From assembly GCA_963828165.1 (NCBI GenBank), contig CAWHDR010000001.1, positions 1,376,001 through 1,440,000 on the forward strand: a stretch of DNA of 64,000 bases, in the 5' to 3' direction. The stretch comes from an uncultured Chloroflexia bacterium (lineage in GTDB: Bacteria; Chloroflexota; Limnocylindria; Limnocylindrales; CSP1-4). The position numbers and the translations under genes were made by a program. The notes under the pieces are model-generated. The model saw nothing but the letters and a program-made list of their open reading frames with translations. It ran no database searches and was not told the DNA's origin. Each line of letters starts with the position of its first letter. The first letter of the stretch is position 1. Below are positions 1 through 11,495 of the stretch, one piece after another.

Positions 1-321
1 ACCCTCTCCAGACCCTCCTCGGCTCGCTCGCCAGGACCCGTCAAGACCACGCCCCCGTGGACCGGATCGACGGTGCGGGCGCGCCTGGCTTTGGGCGGCG
101 GGCCCGAGGTCGGTCCGGGCGCGGCCCGGGACTCATAGCGGAGAAGATACGCGCGCCGTCAAGGCCTTTGGTCAACGTTCTTCATAGCGCGCACCGACGA
201 TGCGTGCGAACGTCGTAGCGATCGATGCGATTCGGCCTCCAAGAGACGGACGAGCCGGGCACATTCACGCCGCCGAAGGTGACTGACCCGCAACTCGTTC
301 CTTCGAGGGCGTGATGCGTGC

Positions 322-594
322 ATGGGCCACGCTGCAACGTTCTCGATACTCGAGCGAGCGGACAATCCGAAGATGAACACGCAGCGCGCCCAGGAAGCTG
401 CCGGACGGCACATCGAGGTGCACTTCGCCGACGAGAGCGAGCTCATCGTGGTCGATCTTGACGATGACGCCGATGCGGACGATGTCGCTGCCGCGCTCGT
501 CAGCGGCCTCGAGGCTCCCACCGCCGATGAGGCGGAGGGTCGTCTGCAGGCAGGGCTCGAGGACGTCGGCGGTACCGTCACGCGCGCCCCGTAG
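322..594 (+). CDS. Small acidic hypothetical protein (90 aa)
   Basis: ORF with GC3-rich codon usage; Asp/Glu-rich; no recognised family. Confidence 0.6.
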   Translation: MGHAATFSILERADNPKMNTQRAQEAAGRHIEVHFADESELIVVDLDDDADADDVAAALVSGLEAPTADEAEGRLQAGLEDVGGTVTRAP

Positions 595-647
595 GCGGGT
601 AGGCAGGCAACTCGGAACCGCGCGGGGCACAATGACGTCCCGCGCCC

Positions 648-1568
648 ATGTCACACCAACCACGCCGTACGGCGTCCCTCCTGATCACGCCGGCCCTCGC
701 GATCCTGATCGCGGCCTGTAGCGTCGCCGGCGGCGCGTCCCCGGCACCCGCCAGCTCCGGATCCAGCGCAGCCCCATCCGTGACTCCCGCCCCTTCGGGC
801 AACCCCGATTCCATCGAGCACAAGACCGGCGCCAAGGACATCCTCCTGCGCTACGAAGAGGGCGGCGGGTTCATGATGCCGGCCTTCACGGCGGCCGCGG
901 TCCCGCACTTCACGCTCTACGGCGACGGGACCGTCATCTTCCGAAATCCGATGGCCGAAGTGCCCCCGGCCGAAGGCTCGGTCTTCAAGATGAACCCGTT
1001 GCGCACCGCCAAGCTCGATGAGGCGCAGATCCAGGAGCTGTTGCTGCTGGCCCTCAGCGAAGGAGGGCTCGCGGTCGCCCGACCCAATTACACGAACGAC
1101 ATGATCGCGGACGCTTCGACGGCGGTCTTCACGATCGAAGCCGGCGGGATCAAAAAGACCGTCTCGATCTACGCCCTCGGCCTGGAGATGGAAGGCGTCG
1201 CCGACGGCGCAGCACGCGCCGCGTTCAAGAAGCTCGCCGATCGCCTGTCCGATTTCGACCAGGGCGGCACGATCCCGACCGACGTTTACGAGCCGCAGGC
1301 CTACCGCGGCGTGCTGTTCGAAGCCCCCGGCATCGAAGCTGCCGACGTGCGCGCCTGGCCGTGGCCCGACCTTACACCGGCCGACTTCAAGATCGACGCC
1401 GACCCGAACGGCAACCAATTCCCCCACCGCACGATGACCCCCGCGGAAGTCGACCTCCTCAAGATCGCCGACTACCAGGGCGGCCTGCAGAACGTCGTCG
1501 TGACCGACCCCGACGGCAAGCCCTACACGTTCAGCCTTCGCCCGCTGCTCCCGGGCGAGACCGAGTAG
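648..1568 (+). CDS. Hypothetical lipoprotein
   Basis: Signal peptide with lipobox LIAAC, Ser/Pro/Ala linker, then globular domain. Confidence 0.8.
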   Translation: MSHQPRRTASLLITPALAILIAACSVAGGASPAPASSGSSAAPSVTPAPSGNPDSIEHKTGAKDILLRYEEGGGFMMPAFTAAAVPHFTLYGDGTVIFRNPMAEVPPAEGSVFKMNPLRTAKLDEAQIQELLLLALSEGGLAVARPNYTNDMIADASTAVFTIEAGGIKKTVSIYALGLEMEGVADGAARAAFKKLADRLSDFDQGGTIPTDVYEPQAYRGVLFEAPGIEAADVRAWPWPDLTPADFKIDADPNGNQFPHRTMTPAEVDLLKIADYQGGLQNVVVTDPDGKPYTFSLRPLLPGETE

Positions 1569-1688
1569 GTCGTCGCAGAGCGGCTCCCGTCACCGGGTGC
1601 CTCGTGGCCTCCGCTCGCTGCGGCGCATGCGCCGACGCTCGCTCCGCCACGAGCTCACCGGGCGCCACCCGCCGGCTACCCCGATACG

Positions 1689-2132
1689 ATGCCCACGGAG
1701 GAACGTCAGATGCGCAGTGCTCTTGGGCTCGCGGCATCGGCCCTCGCCGGGCTGGCTGCGGTCATCGCCAGCCTGGACGGCGACGGAGACATCGTGCCGT
1801 TCTTCGTGGGCCTCACCTTCGCGGGTGGCGTAGCCGCGTGGGCGGCGCACCCACCGTTCGCGGGTCCCCGCGTGCGAGTCGCGAAGGCCGTCGCGCTCGT
1901 CTGGCTCGTCGCCGCGATCTGGGTTGGCGTGCTACTCCTGATGTCTCTGACGGTCTGGCAGGCCTCGGGCCCTCATCCGACACCCGACCGGTCGTACCTT
2001 GGCCTCCCGGCGACCGCGTATCACCTGGTCGGCCTGTACGGCGGCGCCGTGCTCGTTCTGCTGCTGGCTTTCGGACGCTCCGGTTGGTTCGGTGGCGCTG
2101 ATACCACCGCCCAAGCCGAATCATCGCGTTAA
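1689..2132 (+). CDS. Hypothetical membrane protein (~4 TM)
   Basis: Four hydrophobic segments; start could be the second ATG. Confidence 0.65.
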   Translation: MPTEERQMRSALGLAASALAGLAAVIASLDGDGDIVPFFVGLTFAGGVAAWAAHPPFAGPRVRVAKAVALVWLVAAIWVGVLLLMSLTVWQASGPHPTPDRSYLGLPATAYHLVGLYGGAVLVLLLAFGRSGWFGGADTTAQAESSR

Positions 2133-2180
2133 GAGAACAAGGGTGCGCCCGGGGACAGGACCCGCCGCAGACGACCGCCG

Positions 2181-3533
2181 TTAACTGACCTCTGCGAACC
2201 GCTCCCCCGCGTAGCTCACGAACCGCGTCTGGCGCTTCTTGAACCACAGCTGGATCTCGCCGGTGGGGCCGTTGCGGTGCTTGGCGAGCTTGAGATTGAT
2301 GACCTCGCCGTCGGTCTCCTGGTCCTCGGGGCCGCTGCGTTCCTTGTCGCGCCACAGGAACATCACGAGATCGGCGTCCTGCTCGATGGCGCCCGACTCG
2401 CGCAGGTCCGACAGCCGCGGTTCCTTGGACTCGCGCATCTCGGGCTGCCGGGACAGCTGTGACAGGGCGATGACCGGCACGCTCAGCTCGCGCGCAAGCG
2501 CCTTGAGCCCGCGCGAGATCTCCGACACCTCCTGGACCCGGTTGGCGTCGCGGTTCGTCGTGGTCGCCTGCATCAGCTGCAGGTAGTCCACGATGATCAG
2601 GTCCAGGCCCGACTCCGCCTGGAGCCGGCGCGATTTGGTCCGCAGCTCCATGGCCGAGATGTTGGGCGAGTCGTCGATGTACATCGGCGCTTCCGACAAC
2701 GAGTTCATCGCCGGTGCGATGCGCGCGAAGTCGAGCTCCTCCAGGAACCCCGAGCGGAGCCGCTGTGAGTCGATGTTGGCGACGCTCGACAGCATCCGGA
2801 GCACCAGTTGCTCCTTGCTCATCTCGAGGCTGAAGACGCCGACCGTCTTGCGCTCCTTGACCGCGGCATGCTCGGCGATGTTGAGCGCGAAGCTCGTCTT
2901 GCCGACCGACGGGCGGGCGGCGAGGACGATGAGGTCGCTCGGCTGGAGGCCGGTCGTCAGCGCATCGAGATCGGCGAAGCCCGTTCGGACGCCGGAGATC
3001 TCGCCGCGGTGCGCGTGCAGGTAGTCGAGCCGGTCGTAGGCGTCGTGCAGCAACGACTTGAGTGGCGAGAACCCCGCGTCGACGCGTTTCTGGCTGACCG
3101 CGAAGAGCTCGGACTCGGCGCGGTCGATCGCCTCCTGGATCTCGGCCGGGTCCTCGTACCCGATGCCGGCGATCCGGCCCGCGGCCCCGATGAGATTGCG
3201 CAGGACCGCCTTGCGCTCGACGATCCGCGCGTACTGGGCCGCGTGGACCGCGGTCGGGGTCTCGTTGCTGAGACTGGAGAGGTAGGCCCGCCCGCCGACC
3301 GCCTCGAGCTCCTCGCGCCGCTCGAGCGACTCCGCGACGGTGACGATGTCGATGGGCTCGCGGCGTTCGAACAGGTCGATGATCGCGGCGTAGATGCGGG
3401 CGTTGGCCTGGCGATAGAAGTCCTCCGGCCGCAGGAACTCGGCGACCTCGACCACGGCATCGCGGTCGATGAGGATCGCGCCGAGCACGGATTGCTCGGC
3501 TTCGAGACTTTGCGGCGGCAGGCGATCGATCAC
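2181..3533 (-). CDS. dnaB: Replicative DNA helicase DnaB
   Basis: N-term PPQSLEAEQSVLG, Walker A AARPSVGKT, IVDYLQL, LSDLRESGAIEQDAD, KHRNGPTG; no intein. Confidence 0.98.
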   Translation of the reverse strand: MIDRLPPQSLEAEQSVLGAILIDRDAVVEVAEFLRPEDFYRQANARIYAAIIDLFERREPIDIVTVAESLERREELEAVGGRAYLSSLSNETPTAVHAAQYARIVERKAVLRNLIGAAGRIAGIGYEDPAEIQEAIDRAESELFAVSQKRVDAGFSPLKSLLHDAYDRLDYLHAHRGEISGVRTGFADLDALTTGLQPSDLIVLAARPSVGKTSFALNIAEHAAVKERKTVGVFSLEMSKEQLVLRMLSSVANIDSQRLRSGFLEELDFARIAPAMNSLSEAPMYIDDSPNISAMELRTKSRRLQAESGLDLIIVDYLQLMQATTTNRDANRVQEVSEISRGLKALARELSVPVIALSQLSRQPEMRESKEPRLSDLRESGAIEQDADLVMFLWRDKERSGPEDQETDGEVINLKLAKHRNGPTGEIQLWFKKRQTRFVSYAGERFAEVS

Positions 3534-3627
3534 GGTACGGCAGGTCTCCGACGGGACGGGTTGGGGGCGTCATCATCGGCGGGCGAACCCGGGATCAGGT
3601 CAACGAAGCAATCAAACTCCGCTCCTC

Positions 3628-3696
3628 GCGTCCACGTGAATCCCCCGACTGTGGGCGACCTGTGGACCATTTCGTGGATATCCCCAGTTGTCCGAG
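3628..3696. promoter_or_regulatory. Cluster of degenerate DnaA-box-like 9-mers upstream of dnaB
   Basis: TGTGGGCGA 3650, TGTGGACCA 3661, CGTGGATAT 3673, ATATCCCCA 3678; each 2-3 mismatches to TTATCCACA/TGTGGATAA. Confidence 0.4.
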
Positions 3697-3927
3697 CGGT
3701 CGAAAAGAGGGTGGTCGTTCACCAAAGGCAAAAGCGAGCGGGCAGGCGTCGAGCGAACCGAGAATCCGGCCGCCGGACGGTCGAGGCAAAGGCGGCGTGA
3801 GCACGAGAGCGAGCGACGGCCCCGAGGTCCGAGGCGACGCTCCGCTAGCCATCGGCCCGAGGGTTCCTGCGTGAGCGAACGCGCGGAGCCGCCCAACGCG
3901 GGCATCACGCGTCCAGCGCCGCCGCCC

Positions 3928-4578
3928 TCAGTCGAGCTTGCGGATGACGCCGATCAGTTTCCCCTGAATGCGGACGTCGTCATAGAACTGCGGGGGATAG
4001 GCCTGGTTAGCTGGCTGGAGACGGATCTTGTCCTTCTCCTTGAAGAAGCGCTTGAGGGTGACCGCGTTCTCCTCCACCTGGGCGACCACGATGTCGCCGT
4101 TGCGGGCGGTGGACTGCGGGCGGATGAGGACGAAGTCGCCGTCCGTGATGTGCGCCTCGATCATCGAGTCGCCGCGGACGCGCAGCACGTAGGCGTCGCC
4201 GCTGGGGGCGAGCATGTCCGGGACCGACATGGACTCCGAGGCGTCCTGATAGGCCTCGATCGGACCGCCGGCAGCGATCTCACCGATGATCGGGACGATG
4301 AACGAGTCCGGCGTGGTGGCCTGCGGCACGAGTTCGCTGGACAGACCCAGCCGGATCGCCGCCGTGGGCGTCAGGCGGATGGCCCGGCTTTGCGCGGCGC
4401 CGCGCTCCAGGTAGCCGTCGCGTTCCAGGATCTGCAGGTGGTGGTGGACCGCGGACGTGGAGGCGAGTCCGACGGCTTGGGCGATCTCTCGCACGGACGG
4501 CGGGTAGCCGCGGGCGCGCAGGGTCGCGGCGATGAAATCGAGGATCCTGACCTTGCGCTCGGCGTCGTGCTTCGTCAC
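3928..4578 (-). CDS. lexA: SOS repressor LexA
   Basis: GYPPSVREI winged HTH, Ala-Gly cleavage site IAAG, GDSM serine, TLKRF lysine; GTG start 4578 with AAGGAGG RBS at 4584-4590. Confidence 0.97.
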   Translation of the reverse strand: MTKHDAERKVRILDFIAATLRARGYPPSVREIAQAVGLASTSAVHHHLQILERDGYLERGAAQSRAIRLTPTAAIRLGLSSELVPQATTPDSFIVPIIGEIAAGGPIEAYQDASESMSVPDMLAPSGDAYVLRVRGDSMIEAHITDGDFVLIRPQSTARNGDIVVAQVEENAVTLKRFFKEKDKIRLQPANQAYPPQFYDDVRIQGKLIGVIRKLD

Positions 4579-4597
4579 TCGCGCCTCCTTGCCCTGC

Positions 4598-4625
4598 ATG
4601 ATACCGAACGGACGTTCGATGTCAA
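4598..4625 (-). promoter_or_regulatory. lexA promoter with SOS box between -35 and -10
   Basis: Minus strand TTGACA (4625-4620), 16 bp, TATCAT (4603-4598); CGAAC-GTCC-GTTCG at 4605-4618. Confidence 0.9.
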
Positions 4626-4725
4626 GGCCGGCCCCTCAGGCCGAGATGCCATCGCTGGTAGACTCCCCGTCCCGCGTCGCCCACGAATGCGGTCCGCCAC
4701 GTACCCAGGGAGTCGAAGAGCGAGC

Positions 4726-5223
4726 ATGGCCAAGGGAAAGAGTCCCGGATGGGTCGGCTTCAGCCGGATGGTGTCGCTGCTGGCGTTCCTGCCGGTCGCT
4801 ACCCGCATCCCGGACTATGCCCGGCTGATCACGGCCCTCGTGTTCGATGAGCGGATGCCGAAGGACCGCAAGGTCCTGCTCGGTGCCGCTGCCGGCTACA
4901 TGGTCCTCGGGCGCGACATCGTGCCCGACAGCCTGCCCATCCTCGGTGGCCTCGACGACGTCGTCGTCGTCGTCCTGGCGGTCGACCTCTTCCTCGACGG
5001 CGTTCCGCCGGAGCTCCTCCACGAGAAGCTCGACGACCTCGGTATCGACCGCGTGGCCTTCGACCGCGACATCGCGCAGATCCGGCGCTTGACGCCAGGC
5101 CCCGTCCGTCGGACCATCCGGCGGGTCCCCGCCCTCATGGCCGGCGCGGGGCGTGCCATCGAACGATCCGGACTCGTGCCGCGCGTGCGGGCCTGGGTCA
5201 CCAAGGAGGGTCCCAGCACTTGA
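4726..5223 (+). CDS. YkvA/DUF1232 family protein
   Basis: DIVPDSLPILGGLDD motif; ATG at 4726 within the longer ORF 3688-5223. Confidence 0.8.
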   Translation: MAKGKSPGWVGFSRMVSLLAFLPVATRIPDYARLITALVFDERMPKDRKVLLGAAAGYMVLGRDIVPDSLPILGGLDDVVVVVLAVDLFLDGVPPELLHEKLDDLGIDRVAFDRDIAQIRRLTPGPVRRTIRRVPALMAGAGRAIERSGLVPRVRAWVTKEGPST

Positions 5224-5666
5224 AGGTCATCCTGACCAGCGACGTAGACAAGCTCGGCAAGAGCGGCGAGATGAAGCAGGTCTCGGACGGCTACGCGACC
5301 AACTTCCTGATCCCGCAAGGGGTCGCCGTGCCCGCCGCCGGGGGGGCTTACCGCGCGTGGCAGCACGACATCGCCAACCGCGAGGACAAGCGGAAGAAGG
5401 AACGCGAGGAAGCCGAGATCGCCGCGACCCGCATCGCCAGCACGACCCTGACGATGGGCGTGAAGGTCGGCGAGGGCGGCAAGCTCTACGGCTCGATCAC
5501 GTCGAAGGACATCGCCGACGCGCTCGCGCGGCGCGGCATCGAGGTCGACCGCCACAAGATCGACCTGGAGGAGCCCCTGAAGTCGCTCGGCACGTACAAG
5601 GTCGCGATCAAGGTGTTCACGGGGATGACCCCCGAGGTCACGATCGTGGTGGAGCCCAAGGGCTGA
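5220..5666 (+). CDS. rplI: 50S ribosomal protein L9
   Basis: MKVILTSDVDKLGKSGE, GYATNFLIP, GKLYGSIT; TTG start with AAGGAGG RBS. Confidence 0.97.
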   Translation: MKVILTSDVDKLGKSGEMKQVSDGYATNFLIPQGVAVPAAGGAYRAWQHDIANREDKRKKEREEAEIAATRIASTTLTMGVKVGEGGKLYGSITSKDIADALARRGIEVDRHKIDLEEPLKSLGTYKVAIKVFTGMTPEVTIVVEPKG

Positions 5667-5699
5667 CCGAACGGTCCCAGCCGTTGCGCTTCGGGCGGC

Positions 5700-7730
5700 C
5701 TACCGCAGGCGCCAGACGCTGACCCCCTCGGCGTCGTAGACGGTCTCGAACAACGGGCTCGCCGCGAAGTCGGTCGGCTCGCCGTCGACGCACTCGAGCA
5801 CGCCGCCCGACGAGAGCACGTACGTCGCGCCGTACTTCGCCATCCGCTCGACGGCCACCTCCGGGCCATCGCAGTAGGCGGCATGCACGTCCACCTCGCG
5901 CGGCGCCGGGTCGTAGCCCAGGTTCGACACGTACGGCCCGAACGTCGTGATCCGTAGCCGCCCGGCGAGGTCCACGGGCGAGTTGATGAAGGCGTCGGTC
6001 ACGAAGACGGCGTCGTCCGGTGTGGACGTCTCGATCCAGCGGCCCGCCGCGGCCTGGGCGAGGCTCATGACAACCGCCGGATGCAAAGCATGGTGGAGCG
6101 CGATGAGCGCCGGCGAGATCGCACAGACGACAAGGGCCGCCGCGATCGCCGGGCGCGGCCAGCGGGCCACGAGCCAGGCGGCCAGGATCGCCGCCGAGAT
6201 CCACATCATCTGGAAGTACTTGTTCATGTCGAAGTCGACGTCGCTCACGCGCACGACATTGGGGACGAGGAAGAGGGCCACGAGCCAGGCGGCCAGGAAC
6301 CCACGATGGGGCACCCGATCTGTACCGCGCGGAAGCAGCAACGCGGCGATCGCGAGCAGCACCGGGAGGCCAAGGTTGGTCGCATAGAAGAAGAGGACGG
6401 CCGCGGGCCCGTCGGCAAGGCGCGCCTCGCTCCAGCCGCCGACGAACCGGAATGCGCCCTCGGCCTGCTGGCGCGAGGCGGCGGGCAACACGAACGGCAA
6501 CGCCATCACGACCGGAGCCAGGAACAGCACGGCATCGCGGAGGACCGTCCGGGCACGCCACGCACCCGACGTGAGCACGAAGAGCCCGACGATCAGGTAG
6601 ACGGCCGGGAACGCATGGAAATGGAATGGCGCGAGCAGGGCCGCCAGGAGGCCCGCCAGCAGCACGCCCGCGGGCCGGCGGCCGAGGCACGCGACGACGA
6701 GCAGGACGACCGCGACGAGGCCCGGGAGGCCGAACGTCGTCGCACGGTGCGGGAGGAAGCCGGTCCCGAGGACCGATGCGATGCGGAAGAACGGCCAGCC
6801 TTCCGACCAGGAGTTGTCGTAGGGGTTCTGGGTGATCAGACCCAGGACGTCCGTGTTGCCGGCAAGCAGGTCCGCCCCGAGGCGCAGCCAGCCCATCCCG
6901 CCACCGAAGCACACGAGGATCGCCGCGATCGTCGCGACCAGCCGGCGCCCCGTGAGCACGAGGGCGAGGGACCAGGCGACGAGGGCGAGCGCCGCCGCCA
7001 TCAGCGCGCTCGAGAGGAAGAAGACCGGGATGATCGGCACGTTCGCGGCGCTCGCCGCGATCGCGCCGTGGAAGTCGGCGAACCAGTGATACGTCAAAGG
7101 CTCGCCCGCGAAGTACGGCACCTCGGGTGGGAAGTTGCCGTGGACAATGCTGTTGCCGATCGCGACGTGGACCAAGAGGTCGCTCCAGTTCCAGCCGCCC
7201 GACACCATCCCGTCGGGGGTCTCGCGCCAGCCGTTCGAGGCCAGGATCGCCAGGACGACGAGGCCGACCACGCCCGCGACGATCCAGGCCGGGGCGTCCT
7301 CGCGCAGCCCGCGCCGCACTTCGGACGGGACGTCGGCGACCGCCGGGAACGACCACGGGGCGAGCCACGGGTGGCGGATCCGGGTCAACACCGCAGTCGC
7401 GAGCACGAGTACGAGGATCGCGACGAGGACCGCGATCCGCCCGAACCCATCGAGCCGGCTGACGAGCTCGACGAGGTGGGCCGACAGGTAGGTGCTCGCG
7501 ACGATGCCGACGCCGACGACGCCCGGTCGTGGCAGGTCCGGCGCGACCCGGCGCACGAGGACCCAGCCCGGAACGGCGAACAGCCACGGCCAGACGAGGA
7601 CGACCGCGAGGATCGGGACCGACCAGGCCAGGACGAGTCCGGCCGTCAGGCCCAGGATCAGCGCCAGGGCCGGCGTCGACCGGATCGGATCGAGGCCGAT
7701 GCGATCGTCGTCAGGCGTGGCGACGCTCAC
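5700..7730 (-). CDS. Multi-TM membrane protein, putative GT-C glycosyltransferase (arabinofuranosyltransferase/DUF2298-like)
   Basis: More than 10 TM segments; WSDLLVH...FPPEVPYFAGEPLTYHWF extracytoplasmic loop; soluble C-terminal domain; GTG start overlaps upstream stop (GTGA). Confidence 0.7.
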   Translation of the reverse strand: MSVATPDDDRIGLDPIRSTPALALILGLTAGLVLAWSVPILAVVLVWPWLFAVPGWVLVRRVAPDLPRPGVVGVGIVASTYLSAHLVELVSRLDGFGRIAVLVAILVLVLATAVLTRIRHPWLAPWSFPAVADVPSEVRRGLREDAPAWIVAGVVGLVVLAILASNGWRETPDGMVSGGWNWSDLLVHVAIGNSIVHGNFPPEVPYFAGEPLTYHWFADFHGAIAASAANVPIIPVFFLSSALMAAALALVAWSLALVLTGRRLVATIAAILVCFGGGMGWLRLGADLLAGNTDVLGLITQNPYDNSWSEGWPFFRIASVLGTGFLPHRATTFGLPGLVAVVLLVVACLGRRPAGVLLAGLLAALLAPFHFHAFPAVYLIVGLFVLTSGAWRARTVLRDAVLFLAPVVMALPFVLPAASRQQAEGAFRFVGGWSEARLADGPAAVLFFYATNLGLPVLLAIAALLLPRGTDRVPHRGFLAAWLVALFLVPNVVRVSDVDFDMNKYFQMMWISAAILAAWLVARWPRPAIAAALVVCAISPALIALHHALHPAVVMSLAQAAAGRWIETSTPDDAVFVTDAFINSPVDLAGRLRITTFGPYVSNLGYDPAPREVDVHAAYCDGPEVAVERMAKYGATYVLSSGGVLECVDGEPTDFAASPLFETVYDAEGVSVWRLR

Positions 7731-10700
7731 CCGGATGAGCCCCGAAACCGTCCTGGTCGGCGGGCCCGCGGGCCGAACGCCCAGGCCAGCGACACGATGG
7801 CCGCGACCACCCCGAATGCCAGGCCGACCAATGCGTCCCACGGGATGAAGGTCTGGTGCACGACGCTCGCGCCGGCGGGCACCGGCACGAGCTGGCCCGC
7901 CATGGCCCGGGCCGCGTCGACCGGCGTTCCGTCGACCGTCGTCCGCCACGCCGGCCACCACGCCCGATCGATCCACAGCCACCCTGCCGCCGGGGCATCG
8001 ACCTCGACCTGGAGCGTGCTCGGATCGCGGGCCGACGGCGGCTGCTCGATGGCGGTGGCGATCGTCCGCTCGGCATCCATCTCAGCATCATGCGGGCGGA
8101 TCAACGAGGCGTCCGCCGCCGGCTCGAGCCGAACCGCATCCTCGGGGACCCAGTACGGCGGCCGGAGCGCGGCGTCGTCCCGGCAGATCGTCGCCTCCTC
8201 GGCTGCCACGATCGCCAACGGGCGACCGGGGCAGGGACGATCGAAGGTGACCACCACGTCAACACCGATCGCCCGCCGGAGGGAACCACCCGGGTCGTCG
8301 TCGGTGAGGCGATCGATGAGCCGGTCGCTTGCAAGCAGATCGAGCGAGCTGAACATCCGCAGGTCGGGGAGGCGCGCTGCCGCGAGCTGGTCGGGGGACC
8401 CTGCATAGAACCCCTGGGGATCCACCGCGAAGAGGCGGCGGGGCTCGGTCGCGGCGACGGCTCGGATGTAGTCGCCTTCGGCATACGAGAAGTCACTGAG
8501 CGGGCGCGCCGGGTTGGGCTGCGGCCCCAGGAGGATCAAGGGGATGGCCGCGACGCCGACGGCCAGCGGTCCGAGCGCGAGCCGAGTCGCCGGCCAGCGG
8601 GCGGTGCGCGCGACCAGGTACACCGCGGTCAGGCCGGCGACGACCTCGAGGAGGAGCGGCCAGGGCACGGTCAGCGCCGCCACGGCCAGCTCGCGCTGGG
8701 CCGCGACCCCCGCCTCCCCGAGGAACGACGAAGCTGCCAGGAGGAGGCGGTCGAAGACGGCCGGGATGGAGAGGGCAAGCGCGGTCGTCAGCGCGTACGC
8801 CGCGATGGGGATCGCGACCGCGGTGGTGGCTCGACGGACGGCGTCGCGCGACCGCCCGAGGCGACCCACGCCGATCCCGGCCAGCACCGCCAGGGCGAGC
8901 GCCACCACGAGGTAGGAGCGAGTCGGCGAGCGTAGGCCATTCAGGATCGGGATCTGGGTCCAGATCTCCGGACGGAACGCCGCGATGATCGGAATCGCCA
9001 GGCAGATGATGGCCAGCACGACGAACGGCCGGGCCCGGCGGGTTCGGATCGCGACCGCGGCCAGCGCCAGCACCGCCAGCCCCACGTATGCCGACGCTTC
9101 GAACAGCGCAAACGGCCCATCGGGATACCAGGTCGTCGACGTTCGCCAGGAACCCTCGATGGATCGGACGAACGCGTTCTGGAACCCGAACGAGAGGATG
9201 TCGAACGGGGTCGACGCGCTCGCGAACAGGTCCGTCGCGGACAGCGCCTCGCTCCGCACCGAGAGCGTTGTCAGGATCGCGGTCGGCAGGAGCTGGACGG
9301 CCCCGACCGCCCCGGCCAGGACGCCGAGCCCCGCGATGCGCCCGACTGTGGCCACCCGCGGGGCGGTCGCCAGCATCACGACGCCCGCGGCAAGGGTGGT
9401 CAGGAGCCACGTGTTCGGGTGCCCCGTCCACGCCTGGACGCCCAGGAGCAGGCCCGCTGCCACGAGCCCCCAGCGCGTCGGGTACGGGCGTCGCACGAGC
9501 GGCACAAGGACCCACGGCAAGTAGGCGTAGGCCGCCACGAGGTTGTGCCACTCGAGCTTGGCCGCGATGGCACCGCCGAACACCGCGACGAGCGCCGCGA
9601 GGACCGCTCCTGACCGCGAGCCGGCAAGCACCAGGACCAGCGTTCCGGCCCCCGTCCCCGCGATGGTCAGGTGGAGCACCCGCGAGAGGTCGAGCGCGAC
9701 GAGCGGTGGGAACTGGAAGAGCAGCCAGTTGGGCGGGTAGAACGCGCCGATCTGGCCCTCGGCATACAGCGGATACCCAAGGCCAAGGTCATCGTTCCAG
9801 AGCGGCAGCCGTCCCTCGCGGAGCGCGTCGTGGAAGAAGCTGGCGAGGGGGAAATCGATCTTGGGGAGGTCCAGGTTCCACAGCCATGGACCCGCCGGAC
9901 CGTGGATCCGGGCGACCAGGATCGCCGCCACGAAGGACACTAGCGCCAGGGCCGCGATCGTTCCGCGTGCCGCTGGCGGCCGCCACCCGCGGATAGCGAC
10001 GGCCAGGCGTTCCGTGCCCTCGGCGAGCGGCCGGAACGGCCGTGGCGACAAGGGGCTGTGGGTCGCCGCCTCTTCGAACGACGACGGCCCACCGGGGCGC
10101 GTGGCTCCGCCGGCCGCCACGGTCGCCCTTGGCAGGCTGCCGGGCCGCAACGCTCGGAACGCCAGCACCGCCATCACCGCGACCGTCACCGCCGCTAGCA
10201 CGTAGATTCCGGCAGGGCTGTAGACCGTCGCACCGAGGATCCCCCGCCCCGGCCCCTCATTGGCGCCCGGCAGCGAGTACACCCAGTAGACGTCGAAGAA
10301 CACGATCGCGGACAGGGCGACATACAGGCGACGCCACTCCGGACCGGCGGCGAGGAGCGGGAGTCCGAGGGCGAGCGCCGGGTAGAGGTAGCGCTCGTGG
10401 ACGCGGGTCGGAAGCGCGAAGAACGCGACGGCGATGACGAGCGCCACGAACACGATCGCTGCCCCATCCGAACGTCGGATCAGCACCGACAGAGCGACCA
10501 GCACCGCCGCGATGAACAGCAGATTCCCGATCCACTGCCAGGTGAGTGCCAACCCGCCGATCGCGAGCGCCACGGTGGTGTCGTCGACGACGTGGCCTTC
10601 GGTCGCCCCGCTCGCGCCGACGATCACGACGTCGAACAACGGGTTCATCCACAGGTTGAAGGCATTCTGGGTCACCCCGGGAAACGCCTTCGACGCGGCG

Positions 10701-11495
10701 ATGAAGCGGTCCACGAGGCTATGCGCCGGGTCGTTGGGGTCGAACAGCCGCAGGCCAAATGGCAAGCAGACGAGGATCAGCGTCGTCGCGCCGGCGAGGA
10801 TCGCCAGTCCCGATCCGGCGCGGGTCGCGCGGCCAGGTCGCGCCGTCTCCATCGGGCAAGCCCAGCAGATGACGCCGCAGGGCCACGATGGCGATGATCG
10901 GGATCACGAAGCCGTACTGGAACTTGATGAGCATCGCGATGACGCCGACCGCCGCTGCAGCCTCGGTTCGGCCGGTGACCAGCAGGTAGATGGCGCCCAC
11001 GACGGCGAGAGTCGCGATCGAGTCGTTCTGGCCCCACACCGACGACACGAGGATGACCGCGGGGTTGAACAGGAAGACCGCCGCGGCGACCAGGCCGGCC
11101 CGCGGACCGAACAGCCGGCGCGCCAGGAGGAACAGGACGGCCGCGAGGACAAGGTCCGCCACGATGAACGGCAGCTTGATCATGAGCGGCGTGACGTCCG
11201 CGCCGCCGAATGTCGCGCTCCACGCCCGACCGGCGACGCCGGTCAGCCACAGGACGTACAGGTAGACCGGCGGGTAGTCGGCGAAGTAGCCGGAATCGGG
11301 CCGATAGAAGGCGCCCGGCCCGTTCGCCGCCAATTCGCGCGCCCACTGGACCAGGAGGGCGAGGTCGGACTGGTGCCCACCGTCCGGCAGGATGACGACG
11401 GCGACGAGCAACCGGATCAGGAGACCGCCAGTGAGGAGGAACACCAGCGGCCGGAACTGCGGCCACCGCTCGTCCGAGCGTCCGGGAGCGATCAC
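7727..11495 (-). CDS. Fused GT-C mannosyltransferase-like + YfhO-like membrane protein (~1255 aa), split by +1 frameshift at 10809-10811
   Basis: N-part DYPPVYLY, KLPFIVADL, FLFNPAV, WGQND, HERYLYP; C-part LPLWNDDLGLGYPLYAEGQIGAFYPPNWL and WWPAWRTTVDG typical of YfhO; removing one G joins ORFs 10719-13004 and 7727-10852. Confidence 0.75.

Noticed and set aside
1-136. Possible leaderless minus-strand gene starting at ATG 136 after TATCTT
   Set aside because: The frame stops after 31 codons and the window edge prevents testing for another frameshift.
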